The notes beneath the pieces were generated by a model. That model had not been told where the DNA came from. It saw only the letters and a list, made by a program, of their open reading frames with translations, and did not search any database. The position numbers and the translations under genes are program-made. This document shows positions 27,257 through 37,508 of a stretch of 64,000 nt of DNA, piece after piece. Each line of letters begins with the position of its first letter. Within the stretch, counting starts at the first letter, position 1. Location: assembly GCA_050302075.1 (NCBI GenBank), contig JBNLAH010000005.1, positions 96,001 through 160,000 on the forward strand, written 5' to 3'. This stretch comes from Parachlamydiales bacterium. Its GTDB lineage: Bacteria > Chlamydiota > Chlamydiia > Chlamydiales > SM23-39.

Positions 27257-29770
27257 TTGAACGAGGAAAATAATAAACCAGAAAAGCATTTTGAAAATGT
27301 TCCTGAGATAGAGGTTGAAAATAAGAAAAATCTTCCTAAGATAGTCCCTCTTTTCCCGGAAGAGTTATTTATCGTACCTCTTTTAAGAAGGCCATTTTTC
27401 CCTGGCATGGCTGCTCCAATTATTATTGAACCTGGAGCATATTATGAAGTACTTAAGCAAGTGGCAAAAACTGACCATAAATGTATGGGATTGTTTTTAA
27501 CAAAAGATGAAAATGCAAGTATTTATAAGATTGGGATCGACGATATCTATCGAGTCGGAGTGGTCGCAAGAGTGCTAAGAATCATTCCATTAGAGCAAGG
27601 TGGTGCCCAGGTAGTCCTAAATATGGAAAAAAGAATTTCCATAGTTGAGCCGATAAAAGACCAGTACTTAAAAGCTAAAATTAAATATCATGAAGACACT
27701 CCACCTGAAGAGCTATCCAAAGAGTTGAAGGCATACTCAATTAGCATTATAACAACTATAAAAGAGCTTTTAAAGTTAAACCCTTTGTTCAAAGAAGAAT
27801 TGCAGATCTTTCTTGGGCACTCTGATTTTACAGAGCCTGGTAGGTTAGCAGATTTTGCAGTAGCTTTAACTACTGCAACAAGAGAAGAGCTGCAAGACGT
27901 TTTAAAAACTCTTGATATCCAAGGGAGAATAGACAAAGCATTGATTCTTCTCAAAAAAGAGCTTGATTTAAGTCGTTTACAAAGCAACATCAATCAAAGA
28001 ATTGAAGCTAATATTTCTAAAACACAAAGAGAGTTTTTCTTAAAAGAACAGCTAAAAGCGATAAAAAAAGAATTAGGACTTGAAAAAGAAGATAAATATT
28101 TTGATATAGAAAAATTCGATGCACGTTTGAAAAAGTGCAAGGTTCCTGAGGCTGTAACAAAAGTTATAGATGATGAAATGGAAAAACTTAGCTCTTTGGA
28201 AATTCAATCGCCTGAATATACAGTATGTCGTAACTATTTGGACTGGTTGACAGCTGTTCCCTGGGGGATTTTTACTAAAGAGAATAATGATTTAGATCAT
28301 GCTGAAAAGATACTGGAAGAAGATCATTATGGACTTAAGGACATTAAAGAAAGAATTCTTGAGTTTATTGGGGTTGGAAAGCTCACCAAAGGAATTAAAG
28401 GAAGCATAATATGCTTGGTAGGACCCCCAGGAGTTGGAAAGACAAGCATTGGTAAAAGTGTTGCAAGAGCATTAAATCGCAAGTTTTACCGCTTTTCTGT
28501 TGGTGGTATGAGGGATGAAGCTGAAATAAAAGGTCATAGAAGAACATATATTGGTTCTATGCCGGGAAAGATGATCCAAGCTCTAAAAAATACTGAAGCA
28601 ATGAACCCTGTGATTATGATTGATGAGATTGATAAAATGGGAATGAGTTATCATGGAGATCCAGCATCAGCTCTTTTAGAGGTGTTAGATCCGGAACAAA
28701 ACAAAGATTTTTTAGATCATTATTTAGATGTACCTTGTGATTTGTCTAACATTTTATTTATGGTAACAGCAAATATTATAGATACAATACCAGAGCCTTT
28801 GAAAGACAGGATGGAAATTCTTAGGTTATCTGGATATATTCAAGCTGAGAAAATTGAAATTGCGAAAAAATATCTAATTCCAAGAAACCGCAAGGAAATG
28901 GGATTAAAAGCAACTCAGATTAATTTCTCAAAAGGTGGGATATCACAGATAATTTACGGTTTTGCGAGAGAGGCTGGAGTTAGAAATTTAGAGAATCTGA
29001 TAAAAAAAATCTTGCGAAAAGTTGCTATGAAAGTTGCTCGAAAAAGTGAAAAGCAACCTTTCAAAAAAGTGAATATTACTGAAGATAATATAAGCGACTA
29101 TTTAGGAAAACCGATATTTACATCAGATAGATATTATGAAAAAACCCCAGTTGGAGTGACGACAGGTCTTGCTTGGACATCTTTGGGTGGGGCTACACTT
29201 TATGTTGAGGCCTCTGAGGCATCTGCACCTAGAACTGATATGAAACTAACTGGCCAAGCTGGGGATGTTATGCGAGAGTCAGCCCAAATTGCTTGGAGTT
29301 TTGTGCACAGCAAATCTAGTAGGTATGCACCAGGGATAGATTTTTTTCCACACGCCCAAGTGCATATTCATATACCAGAAGGAGCAACTCCTAAGGATGG
29401 TCCCTCAGCTGGTGTTACAATGGTCACTGCAATTTTATCTCTTTTGTTAAATCAAAGGGTGTTGGACGACCTTGGTATGACAGGGGAAATTACTCTTACG
29501 GGAAAAGTCCTTCGAATTGGTGGCGTTAAAGAAAAGCTGATTGCAGCTAGAAGGTCAAAATTAAAAGTTTTAATCTTTCCTCAAGATAATAAGCGGGACT
29601 TTGATGAGCTGCCAAGTTATTTGAAGAAAGGTTTAAAAGTCCATTTTGTAGATTATTATGACGACGTTTTCAGAATCGCATTCCCAAATGCAAAAATTAA
29701 GTTGGGAGAAAAAAAGCCTAGAAAAGCAACTCGATCAAAATCAACTAAAGCAAAAGGTAAAAGAGCTTAG
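27257..29770 (+). CDS. lon: ATP-dependent protease Lon
   Basis: GPPGVGKTS Walker A, GHRRTYIG, PKDGPSAG catalytic Ser, IGGVKEK. Confidence 0.99.
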   Translation: MNEENNKPEKHFENVPEIEVENKKNLPKIVPLFPEELFIVPLLRRPFFPGMAAPIIIEPGAYYEVLKQVAKTDHKCMGLFLTKDENASIYKIGIDDIYRVGVVARVLRIIPLEQGGAQVVLNMEKRISIVEPIKDQYLKAKIKYHEDTPPEELSKELKAYSISIITTIKELLKLNPLFKEELQIFLGHSDFTEPGRLADFAVALTTATREELQDVLKTLDIQGRIDKALILLKKELDLSRLQSNINQRIEANISKTQREFFLKEQLKAIKKELGLEKEDKYFDIEKFDARLKKCKVPEAVTKVIDDEMEKLSSLEIQSPEYTVCRNYLDWLTAVPWGIFTKENNDLDHAEKILEEDHYGLKDIKERILEFIGVGKLTKGIKGSIICLVGPPGVGKTSIGKSVARALNRKFYRFSVGGMRDEAEIKGHRRTYIGSMPGKMIQALKNTEAMNPVIMIDEIDKMGMSYHGDPASALLEVLDPEQNKDFLDHYLDVPCDLSNILFMVTANIIDTIPEPLKDRMEILRLSGYIQAEKIEIAKKYLIPRNRKEMGLKATQINFSKGGISQIIYGFAREAGVRNLENLIKKILRKVAMKVARKSEKQPFKKVNITEDNISDYLGKPIFTSDRYYEKTPVGVTTGLAWTSLGGATLYVEASEASAPRTDMKLTGQAGDVMRESAQIAWSFVHSKSSRYAPGIDFFPHAQVHIHIPEGATPKDGPSAGVTMVTAILSLLLNQRVLDDLGMTGEITLTGKVLRIGGVKEKLIAARRSKLKVLIFPQDNKRDFDELPSYLKKGLKVHFVDYYDDVFRIAFPNAKIKLGEKKPRKATRSKSTKAKGKRA

Positions 29771-30185
29771 ATCTGATAAGCTATCCATTGCTACTGTAAA
29801 TGGCTCTTTTGATTTATTGCATGCAGGGCATTTGAATATGCTTTATACTGCAGCTTGCTTAGCGGATAAATTGATTGTTTTGTTAAATACAGATGAATCA
29901 ATTCAAAAATATAAAAGCAAAGACAGGCCAATTATTCCCTTAAAGTATCGAATGCAGATGATTAGTGCTATTGAATTTGTTGACTATGTTAGTTTTTTTG
30001 AAGAGACAGATCCCTGCAGGATTCTAAGCTTGGTCAAGCCGGATATTCATGTTAATGGCGCTGAATATGGGGCAAACTGCATTGAAGCTAAGACAGTTAT
30101 TTCTAATGGTGGCAGGATTCATGTTGTTGATATTATAGAGGGATTCTCCACCACTAAAATTATTAAAAAGATAAAAAATATATGA
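29688..30185 (+). CDS. RfaE/HldE-type nucleotidyltransferase (cytidylyltransferase family); start uncertain (29658 or 29688)
   Basis: NGSFDLLHAGH, LNTDESI..K..RPI, VDYV..F.E..P, STTKII. Confidence 0.85.
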   Translation: MQKLSWEKKSLEKQLDQNQLKQKVKELRSDKLSIATVNGSFDLLHAGHLNMLYTAACLADKLIVLLNTDESIQKYKSKDRPIIPLKYRMQMISAIEFVDYVSFFEETDPCRILSLVKPDIHVNGAEYGANCIEAKTVISNGGRIHVVDIIEGFSTTKIIKKIKNI

Positions 30186-31303
30186 GACTCGTCGCAAAAT
30201 TTGACAAGGAAAACCAAGCTAAAAAATATTCATTTCTTCTTCAAAAAGAAAGTATTGCAAACAGCATTGAATCAGAAGTAGATGAAAAAACTAATAAGAG
30301 ATCTTTACTTGTCTGGGTAGAAGATGAGGATTTAACAGAGAGAGCTGCTCAGCTTTATGATGAATTTATCAAAGATCCTGAGAATAAAAAATATGATGTT
30401 CCAGTTTCAAAAGCTTTTGCAAAGCCTTTGATCGAGGATATTCCAATTAAGATCACAGGTGAAAAAAAGAACAAGCTATCAATTACATTGACTATGATTG
30501 TCATTGGAATTTGCTCAATGATTTATCTGCTTAATTTCTTTCAAGAAGCTTATATAATGAAAAAAGAGGGGAAGAAAGTAGCTATTATTACACCTATTCA
30601 GCTTGCTCTTTTTTATGATGTTCCTAAGACATTATTAAAATTAAGTGAAACTTTAAAAAAATATCCAATTGATTCTTTTACATCTTTAGATGATGTTCCT
30701 CCTGAACTTGTGAAAGAACTTGAAGCTATAAACGAACTTCCTCAATGGAGAGGGTTTTATCCTTGGGCTTTGGAAAAAATTCAAAAGGCAAAAAAATCCC
30801 CAATTGGGGGAATGTTCTTAAAAATTCGCCAAGGACAAGTTTGGCGTCTTTTTTCTCCTTGTATTTTACATACTACGCTTTTGCACTTGTTGTTCAATAT
30901 GCTTTGGGTTGCTGTCTTATTAAAACAGATAGAGATGAAAGTGAAAAAATGGAAAATCATTTTATTGATTTTAGTAATTGGGATCTTTTCCAATACTTGT
31001 CAGTATTTAATGAGCGGTCCTTTATTTTTAGGTTTTTCCGGCGTAGTTGTAGGCCTTGCTGGATATATTTGGTCTAGGCAAAAGATTGCTCCATGGGAAG
31101 GTTATACAATCAATAAATCAACTTTTATATTTCTTGCAGTTTTTGTGTTTGGAATGATGGGATTACAATTATTATCTTTTGTTTTCCAGTCTTTTGGATC
31201 TAATTTTTTTCAATACAATATTGCAAACACAGCTCATATATCTGGTGGGCTGGCTGGTTGGATTTTAGGAAAATTTTCATTTTTTTCGATGGAGGTAAGT
31301 TGA
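30182..31303 (+). CDS. Rhomboid family intramembrane serine protease (GlpG-like)
   Basis: GQVWRLFSP, HLLFNMLW, GFSG catalytic Ser, ANTAHISG. Confidence 0.92.
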   Translation: MRLVAKFDKENQAKKYSFLLQKESIANSIESEVDEKTNKRSLLVWVEDEDLTERAAQLYDEFIKDPENKKYDVPVSKAFAKPLIEDIPIKITGEKKNKLSITLTMIVIGICSMIYLLNFFQEAYIMKKEGKKVAIITPIQLALFYDVPKTLLKLSETLKKYPIDSFTSLDDVPPELVKELEAINELPQWRGFYPWALEKIQKAKKSPIGGMFLKIRQGQVWRLFSPCILHTTLLHLLFNMLWVAVLLKQIEMKVKKWKIILLILVIGIFSNTCQYLMSGPLFLGFSGVVVGLAGYIWSRQKIAPWEGYTINKSTFIFLAVFVFGMMGLQLLSFVFQSFGSNFFQYNIANTAHISGGLAGWILGKFSFFSMEVS

Positions 31304-32199
31304 GTATTAGGGATATTGTTATACTTGGGTGTTCTTCTCAACAACCAACTAGGAAAAGAAATCATGGAGCTTACTTATTTCGGTGGAATGAGCAAGGTTT
31401 ATTGTTTGATCCTGGTGAAGGGACTCAGCGTCAGTTTATTTTTGCAGAAGTTGCTCCAACTGTAGTCAGTCATATTTTTATAAGCCACTTTCATGGAGAC
31501 CATTGTTTGGGGGTGGGATCAATGTTGATGCGACTGAATCTTGATAAGGTGACCCATCCTATTCACTGTTTTTATCCTGCAAGTGGAAAAAAGAACTTTG
31601 AAGCTCTTCGCTACGGCTGCATATATCATGAGAATATCAATGTTGTTGAACATCCTGTAAAAGATAACGGCTTCGTTTTTCAAGACGATAAATTTACCAT
31701 TGAAGCTACTTTTTTAGAACATGGGATTGATAACATTGCATGGAGAGTGACAGAAAAAAATAAACTTAAATTCGACAAAAAAAAGCTTAAAGAGAATGGA
31801 ATTTCAGGCCCAATCATCAAAGAGCTTGAGTCGAGGAAGGAAATTCTGGTTAATGGCAGGAAAGTTCACATAGATGAAGTTAGCTGGATCAAGCAAGGGG
31901 ATAGCATTGCAGTCGCAATCGATACTAGATATTGCCCTCAGGCAATTGAAATAGCTAAAGATGCCAAGGTATTGCTATCAGAAAGTACCTATTTAGAAAA
32001 GCATAAGGATTTAGCTAGAAAGTATATGCATATGACGGCAAAGCAGGCAGCTTTAATTGCAAAACAAGCAAATGTTGAAAAATTGATCCTTACACACTTT
32101 TCTGCTAGATATCAAGACCTTAGCCTATTTGAAAAAGAAGCGAAGGAGGTTTTTGAAAATGTTTATGTTGCTGAAGACTTTAAAAGGTTTTTATTTTAG
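31300..32199 (+). CDS. rnz: Ribonuclease Z
   Basis: ILGCSSQQPT, DPGEGTQRQ, SHFHGDH, HMTA, LTHFSARY; TTG at 31300 after GGAGG. Confidence 0.95.
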   Translation: MSIRDIVILGCSSQQPTRKRNHGAYLFRWNEQGLLFDPGEGTQRQFIFAEVAPTVVSHIFISHFHGDHCLGVGSMLMRLNLDKVTHPIHCFYPASGKKNFEALRYGCIYHENINVVEHPVKDNGFVFQDDKFTIEATFLEHGIDNIAWRVTEKNKLKFDKKKLKENGISGPIIKELESRKEILVNGRKVHIDEVSWIKQGDSIAVAIDTRYCPQAIEIAKDAKVLLSESTYLEKHKDLARKYMHMTAKQAALIAKQANVEKLILTHFSARYQDLSLFEKEAKEVFENVYVAEDFKRFLF

Positions 32200-32609
32200 C
32201 TTTCTTGAATATACATTTCTAGATGCTTGGCTAGTTCCTCAATCACATGTAAGTCTTTTTGGGTATGCCATGAAATAAATTTTTTCAAAGCAGTTAAGCT
32301 GCGGTAATGACTTTCGTGTAGCTCAAGTAAAAGCTCACTCAAAGAATTGCTCTTTCCTCTAGCATCTTTAAACCAATTATTTACTCGAGAAAGGCTCTTA
32401 GAAAACCTGGGACTGTGATGGAGTTGATCCATAGCTTTATCTAAATCAATGGCATTTTTTGCAAACATTGTAATCCATGAGTGGCTCGATGCTAATTTAA
32501 GATCTTTTTGAAGTTCTTTTAAATCATTTAACACTAAAAGGGCCTTTTTCTTTGGCTCTATAGCTGGGTATTTACCAGGCCACCCGCTTATTGGGAGTAT
32601 TTCGGTCAT
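32196..32609 (-). CDS. Hypothetical protein
   Basis: 137-aa ORF, ATG start, downstream of folE on the same strand. Confidence 0.6.
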   Translation of the reverse strand: MTEILPISGWPGKYPAIEPKKKALLVLNDLKELQKDLKLASSHSWITMFAKNAIDLDKAMDQLHHSPRFSKSLSRVNNWFKDARGKSNSLSELLLELHESHYRSLTALKKFISWHTQKDLHVIEELAKHLEMYIQES

Positions 32610-32650
32610 ATATTTCTTTTCTTTTTATAAATAATTAAATCCTTGTGATT

Positions 32651-33277
32651 CTATCTAGAACTTTTTAAGTAAAATTCATCTTGCAGAGCCTGCTCAGATT
32701 GAAATTTACCAAAAAACTCAGATGTTATAGTTTTACTACTCGGATCCTTAACTCCTCTAAATTGCATACAAAAGTGTGTTAATTCAAAATATACAGCTAC
32801 GTCAGGAGTGTCTAATACATTACTGATGCACTCGCAGACTTGATGAGTTAACCTTTCTTGTATTTGAGGCCTTTTTGAAAAATATTCGACCAATCGATTC
32901 AACTTTGATAAGCCAATAATTTTCTTGGTTGGTATGTACGCTACATGAGCTATGCCGGTCATGGGTAAAAAGTGGTGCTCACAAATGCTTTGAACTAAAA
33001 TGTTTTTAGTTAAGATCATCCGATCTTTTGTAAAGGAACTACTAATCGGGATAAAAGTAAGTTTTGGGAAATTAGTGGGCAAAAGTCCTGAAAAAAGCTC
33101 AGTTACATACATTTTAGCAACTCTTTTTGGAGTATCTCTTATTGAAGGATCTTCTAAATCAAGGCCTAGTGTCAATAAGATCTTTTCCATATGCTCTTCA
33201 ATAATATTTATCTTTTCGTTTTTCGATAAATAAATGTCATCAGTTTTTGAGTTTTCTAAGAGAGTATTATTTGGCAT
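32651..33277 (-). CDS. folE: GTP cyclohydrolase I
   Basis: DTPKRVAKMY, CEHH, GLSKLNR, RPQIQERLT, HFCMQFRGV. Confidence 0.97.
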   Translation of the reverse strand: MPNNTLLENSKTDDIYLSKNEKINIIEEHMEKILLTLGLDLEDPSIRDTPKRVAKMYVTELFSGLLPTNFPKLTFIPISSSFTKDRMILTKNILVQSICEHHFLPMTGIAHVAYIPTKKIIGLSKLNRLVEYFSKRPQIQERLTHQVCECISNVLDTPDVAVYFELTHFCMQFRGVKDPSSKTITSEFFGKFQSEQALQDEFYLKSSR

Positions 33278-34016
33278 ATGATTTAATGTGTTGTCTTCTA
33301 ATTTCTGCTGCAGCTATTGAGTATGCACATGCAACATTTATGGAGTTTTTCTTCCCATATAATGGGATATCAATAAAGTAATCAGTTCCTCTGAGAATCT
33401 CATCAGATATTCCGAACTCTTCGTTGCCTAAAATTAAAGTAAACGTTTCAGGAAAGATAAAATCGCTTACAGCTGTAGCATCAGTTGCAGTCTCCAGTGC
33501 TATCCAGGGCCTTGGAAGATCAAGTAAGTTATAATTGTTGTGACACTTAACGATACTTGATGCTCCCATAGAGGTTTTTATCACTTTGTTATTGTCTGTA
33601 AAAGGGGTCTTAACTCCAAAATAAAGATCTCCGATTCTGAGAGCTTCAGTAGTTCGTAGAATGCTTCCAACATTGTAAGCTGATCTAATATTGTCTAAAT
33701 ATATCGCAATATTTGAAAAGTCTAAAGTCGGGGTATGGTCTCCTTGGCGAATATGGGGTAAAAGATTATGTTCTTTAAGCTCAATGCTAGCATTTTTTAG
33801 ATGGTAGTGGTATCTATCCGATATTTGTTTTAAGTCGGAAGAGAGGTTTGCAAGCTCTAAGTTCATCCATTTTAAATATTTTAAATATTGGCTTTCGATT
33901 TCTTGGTAGTCATTTTTGCCAGTCAGTATTTTTTCATAAATACAACGTAAAATCTCTGCACATTTTTTATGTTGTTGTTTTAATTCAAGTCTCTCAAATT
34001 TTCTTGATGTGAACAT
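33267..34016 (-). CDS. TrmH/SpoU family RNA methyltransferase
   Basis: LDNIRSAYNVGSILRT, LILGNEEFGI, IPLYGKKNSINVA. Confidence 0.92.
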   Translation of the reverse strand: MFTSRKFERLELKQQHKKCAEILRCIYEKILTGKNDYQEIESQYLKYLKWMNLELANLSSDLKQISDRYHYHLKNASIELKEHNLLPHIRQGDHTPTLDFSNIAIYLDNIRSAYNVGSILRTTEALRIGDLYFGVKTPFTDNNKVIKTSMGASSIVKCHNNYNLLDLPRPWIALETATDATAVSDFIFPETFTLILGNEEFGISDEILRGTDYFIDIPLYGKKNSINVACAYSIAAAEIRRQHIKSYAK

Positions 34017-35599
34017 TATTTTGCTCGGCTTAATAAATATTCATCTAATGTTCCGTCAAAAACGATAGGGCCTGTGCTTTCTAGTGCAATAATTTTAGTT
34101 GCAAAGCGGTTAATTAAATCCCTGTCGTGAGTTGCTACAATAGCGGTTCCTTGAAATTCTTCAAGCCCCCATGCCAGAGCGGATACGGACTCCAAGTCCA
34201 AGTGATTGTTAGGTTCGTCCAAAACAACGGTGTTTGGCTCGTTTAACATAAGCATTGCCAAAATGAGTCTGGCTGTTTCACCTCCTGACAAGGCAGATAT
34301 CGGCTTAAACGCATCATCGCCACCAAACAGCAGCTTTCCTAGGACACTGCGAATTTCTACATCATAGACTTCGGCTTTCTTGTCTTTTAACCAATCAAAA
34401 AGTGTAGTTTTCGATTCTTTATCTACAACGTCTTGGTGGTTTTGGGGAAAGTATCCCATTTTTACATTGTGCCCAACAATTATATCGCCAGATGTTGGAT
34501 GTATTTCCTTCGCCAATAATTTCAATAGTGTACTTTTCCCGATCCCATTACTTCCAATAACCGCTACTTTGTCGCCTCTATGTATTTCAAAGCTGAAATT
34601 TTTAAAAATCTGTTTTTCTTCAAAATTAATGCTAATATTTTTTACATTAAAAACGACTTGTCCTGAAGTTATTTCAGGAGGAGTAAATCTAATGTAAGGT
34701 CTTTGTATGTTAGATTTTTTTAAATCTTGCGGTTGAAGTTTTTGGATTTCTTTTACTCTAGACTGGACTTGACTTGCCCTAGTTCCTGCTCCAAACTTTG
34801 CCACAAACTCTTTTAGTTGAGAAATTTTCTTCTCTTTTGCTTTGTTCTCATTTTCAGCTTTTTCCCTTACGGATGTTTTAGTGACAAGCATTTGATCGTA
34901 GTTCCCGGGGTAGAAAATAATTGTCTCGTAATCAATATCTGCAATTGTTGTAGTTATGGCATTTAAAAAAAAGCGGTCGTGAGAAACTACAATTAAGGCC
35001 CCTTTGTAGTTGATCAAAAAATCTTCTAACCAGCTAATTGTTTGCATATCTAAATGGTTTGTAGGCTCGTCCAATATCAATGCTTGTGGATCTCCGAATA
35101 AAGCTTGGCAAAGCAATGAGCGGAACTGGAAATCAGTAGGAACCGATTTCATTTTGACATTGTGGAACTCTTTTGCAATTCCCATACCAATTAAAAGCAC
35201 TTCAGCGTCAGCTTCTGCGCTATATCCATTTTCCTCTGCGATAATTTCTTCTAAATCCCCGAGTCTCATTCCAATTTTATCTGTCATCTCCACCTCGTAT
35301 AGGGAATCCCTCTCGCTCATGGCGCTCCAGAGCTTAGTATTTCCCATGATGACGGTATCAATCAAAGAATACTCTTCAAATTCTTCAATATTTTGTTTTA
35401 AATACCCGATTTTCTCAGGCAGAGAAACAGTTCCTGAGGTTGGAGGTTCAATCCCCATTATAATTTTTAATAGCGTGGACTTACCAGCACCATTAGGTCC
35501 AGTTAAGCCATATCGGCACCCATCGTTGAATGTCATAGTGACATTGTCAAATAAAACTCGTGTACCAATTTTTTTTGAGACAGAATCTAGTGTTATCAT
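34016..35599 (-). CDS. ABC-F family ATP-binding protein (YbiT-like)
   Basis: Two ABC domains (GPNGAGKST, GSNGIGKST; LDEPTNHLD, LDEPNNHLD), no TM segments. Confidence 0.95.
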   Translation of the reverse strand: MITLDSVSKKIGTRVLFDNVTMTFNDGCRYGLTGPNGAGKSTLLKIIMGIEPPTSGTVSLPEKIGYLKQNIEEFEEYSLIDTVIMGNTKLWSAMSERDSLYEVEMTDKIGMRLGDLEEIIAEENGYSAEADAEVLLIGMGIAKEFHNVKMKSVPTDFQFRSLLCQALFGDPQALILDEPTNHLDMQTISWLEDFLINYKGALIVVSHDRFFLNAITTTIADIDYETIIFYPGNYDQMLVTKTSVREKAENENKAKEKKISQLKEFVAKFGAGTRASQVQSRVKEIQKLQPQDLKKSNIQRPYIRFTPPEITSGQVVFNVKNISINFEEKQIFKNFSFEIHRGDKVAVIGSNGIGKSTLLKLLAKEIHPTSGDIIVGHNVKMGYFPQNHQDVVDKESKTTLFDWLKDKKAEVYDVEIRSVLGKLLFGGDDAFKPISALSGGETARLILAMLMLNEPNTVVLDEPNNHLDLESVSALAWGLEEFQGTAIVATHDRDLINRFATKIIALESTGPIVFDGTLDEYLLSRAK

Positions 35600-35797
35600 T
35601 CGAAAAAAAATACTTTAATTTGAAAAATACAATTATGGTAACAAAATGATAAAATATTCAAAAGCTTTCGATTTATTTTAAGGTGAGTTTCTGTAAACTA
35701 GATTTTTTAGTTCATAGCTAAAAGTGATTCAAACATTTAAAAAAAATGCAGTCAGTGTAATAATAATAGGCACTTATAAAGAAAAGTAATAAAAAAA

Positions 35798-36091
35798 GTG
35801 ATAAATTATTTAATTCGCCCAAAGCAACAGCCAAGCTCAGGCTGGCATGTTTTTAACTCTTTAAGTAACCTTGATAAAATCCAAAGACAGTTAAACGTTG
35901 GCTTAAAGGTTTTGTCAATGCTTGGAATGGTTTTTTCAGCTATGACTGGGTTTTATAGTTTTCAATTTATTGCAACATCGGTAAATTCGGTTGAACACTC
36001 ATTAGCCATTGGAGCATTTTTAACGAGCGTTATTTCATTTGCTCGGCTAGCTAAATATAGCTATATTCACTCGTTTTATGAAAAGGTCTGA
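35798..36091 (+). CDS. Small two-TM hypothetical membrane protein
   Basis: Two hydrophobic segments; overlaps the start of the next gene. Confidence 0.5.
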   Translation: MINYLIRPKQQPSSGWHVFNSLSNLDKIQRQLNVGLKVLSMLGMVFSAMTGFYSFQFIATSVNSVEHSLAIGAFLTSVISFARLAKYSYIHSFYEKV

Positions 36092-36479
36092 TTCTTTTAT
36101 AACAAAAAGACAGAGGAGTCTAAAAGAAGCTGCGGAAGATTACACGGAGCTTATCGAAGACTTTATTCAAAATAAAGGTGAAGCAAGAGTCTGTGATCTT
36201 GCAAAAGAAATGGGGATATCCCATGTTACAGTTATTAGGACTTTAGCAAGGCTAGAGGCAGAAGGCTATTTAAAAACATCACCTAGAAATCCTATTGATT
36301 TGACTCAAAAAGGTAAAAAACTAGCAAAATCAAGTAAAAAAAGGCATGAAACCATCTATTCATTTTTATTAAAAATAGGGGTTTCAAAACAAAATGCCCA
36401 AAATGATGTCGAGGGGATTGAGCATCATATAAGTGATGAAACATTATCTAGAATAACAGACCTTTTAAAAAAACTTTAG
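36078..36479 (+). CDS. mntR: DtxR/MntR family metal-dependent transcriptional regulator
   Basis: EDYTELI..GEAR..DLA..MGISHVTV HTH; RHE..FL..IGV....DVEGIEHHIS. Confidence 0.85.
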   Translation: MKRSDSFITKRQRSLKEAAEDYTELIEDFIQNKGEARVCDLAKEMGISHVTVIRTLARLEAEGYLKTSPRNPIDLTQKGKKLAKSSKKRHETIYSFLLKIGVSKQNAQNDVEGIEHHISDETLSRITDLLKKL

Positions 36480-36571
36480 GACACTAGCTATACTTTATAT
36501 CTGATTAGCAAAGAAAATTAATATTAAAGTTCTCCTTGTGATAAAATGATGAAAACGAAGGGGAGGTTGCT

Positions 36572-37480
36572 TTGGATTTTTTAGAGGGCGTAAAGCAGTT
36601 TGTTGATCACTTGAAGTTTGTTAAAAATGTATCTGAGCATACCATTAGGTCATATAATATTGACCTTAACTTTTTTTACTCAGAGCTTTCTAAAAAATAT
36701 AGTTCTTTAAAAATTGAAATGGTGAAAAAACTTGATGTCAGGGATTTTTTAAACATTCTTTATATAAAAAAAGAAAAAGTAGCTACGATTTCACGTAGAC
36801 TTTCTACTTTAAGGTCTTTTTATAGGTTTGCATTAAAAAACGAATGGATAAAAGAAAATCCACTTATTGAGATCCATTCGCCAAAAAGTGAAAAAAAACT
36901 CCCAGTTACTCTTACATATTCACAAGTTGAAAGCTTACTCCAACAGCCAGATTTAACTTCTTATCTAGGTTTTAGGGATCGAGCTATCATGGAACTTTTC
37001 TATAGCTCAGGTCTTAGACTTTCAGAATTAGTTTCATTGAATAGAGATGATTTGAACCTTTCGCAGTTGATGGTCAAGGTAAAAGGAAAGGGTAAAAAAC
37101 AAAGGGTAATTCCAATCACACAAACTGCAAAAAAATGGATTTTGGAATATTTGCAACATCCTCTAAGACAACTAGATTCCAAAGAACATAAAGCTCAAGT
37201 CGACTCAAAAGCCGTGTTTTTGAATAAGTGGGGAAAGCGAATCTCGCCTAGGTCAATTGATAGAAATTTTAATAAATATTTATTGATGTCCAACCTTTCT
37301 ACGAAAGTGACCCCTCATAAAATTAGACATACGATAGCAACTCATTGGCTGGAAAATGGTATGGATTTAAAAACAATTCAGCAATTATTGGGACATGAAG
37401 TCTTATCTACAACTACAATCTATACACATGTCTCGACAAAACTTAAGAAAGAAGTCTATAAAAAAACTTTTTCTAGATAA
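36572..37480 (+). CDS. xerC: Tyrosine recombinase XerC/XerD family (XerC by synteny)
   Basis: RDRAIMELFYSSGLRLSEL, GKGKKQR, TPHKIRHTIATHWL, LLGH..TTIYTH. Confidence 0.85.
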   Translation: MDFLEGVKQFVDHLKFVKNVSEHTIRSYNIDLNFFYSELSKKYSSLKIEMVKKLDVRDFLNILYIKKEKVATISRRLSTLRSFYRFALKNEWIKENPLIEIHSPKSEKKLPVTLTYSQVESLLQQPDLTSYLGFRDRAIMELFYSSGLRLSELVSLNRDDLNLSQLMVKVKGKGKKQRVIPITQTAKKWILEYLQHPLRQLDSKEHKAQVDSKAVFLNKWGKRISPRSIDRNFNKYLLMSNLSTKVTPHKIRHTIATHWLENGMDLKTIQQLLGHEVLSTTTIYTHVSTKLKKEVYKKTFSR

Positions 37481-37507
37481 AAAAAAGGGCAGATTAAATC
37501 TGCCCTT
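37481..37507 (-). terminator. Intrinsic terminator of rnpB (possibly bidirectional with xerC)
   Basis: AAGGGCAGAT-3 nt-ATCTGCCCTT stem followed by a T-run on the minus strand. Confidence 0.75.
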
Positions 37508-37508
37508 C

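Noticed and set aside
35010..35618. Long antisense ORFs (also 49770-50342, 59637-60044, 5727-6104)
   Set aside because: Shadow frames opposite well-supported genes, with no motifs
36572..37480. Tyrosine recombinase as a possible island or phage integrase
   Set aside because: About 300 aa, Xer-like, in housekeeping context and far from the tRNA island; no att sites seen
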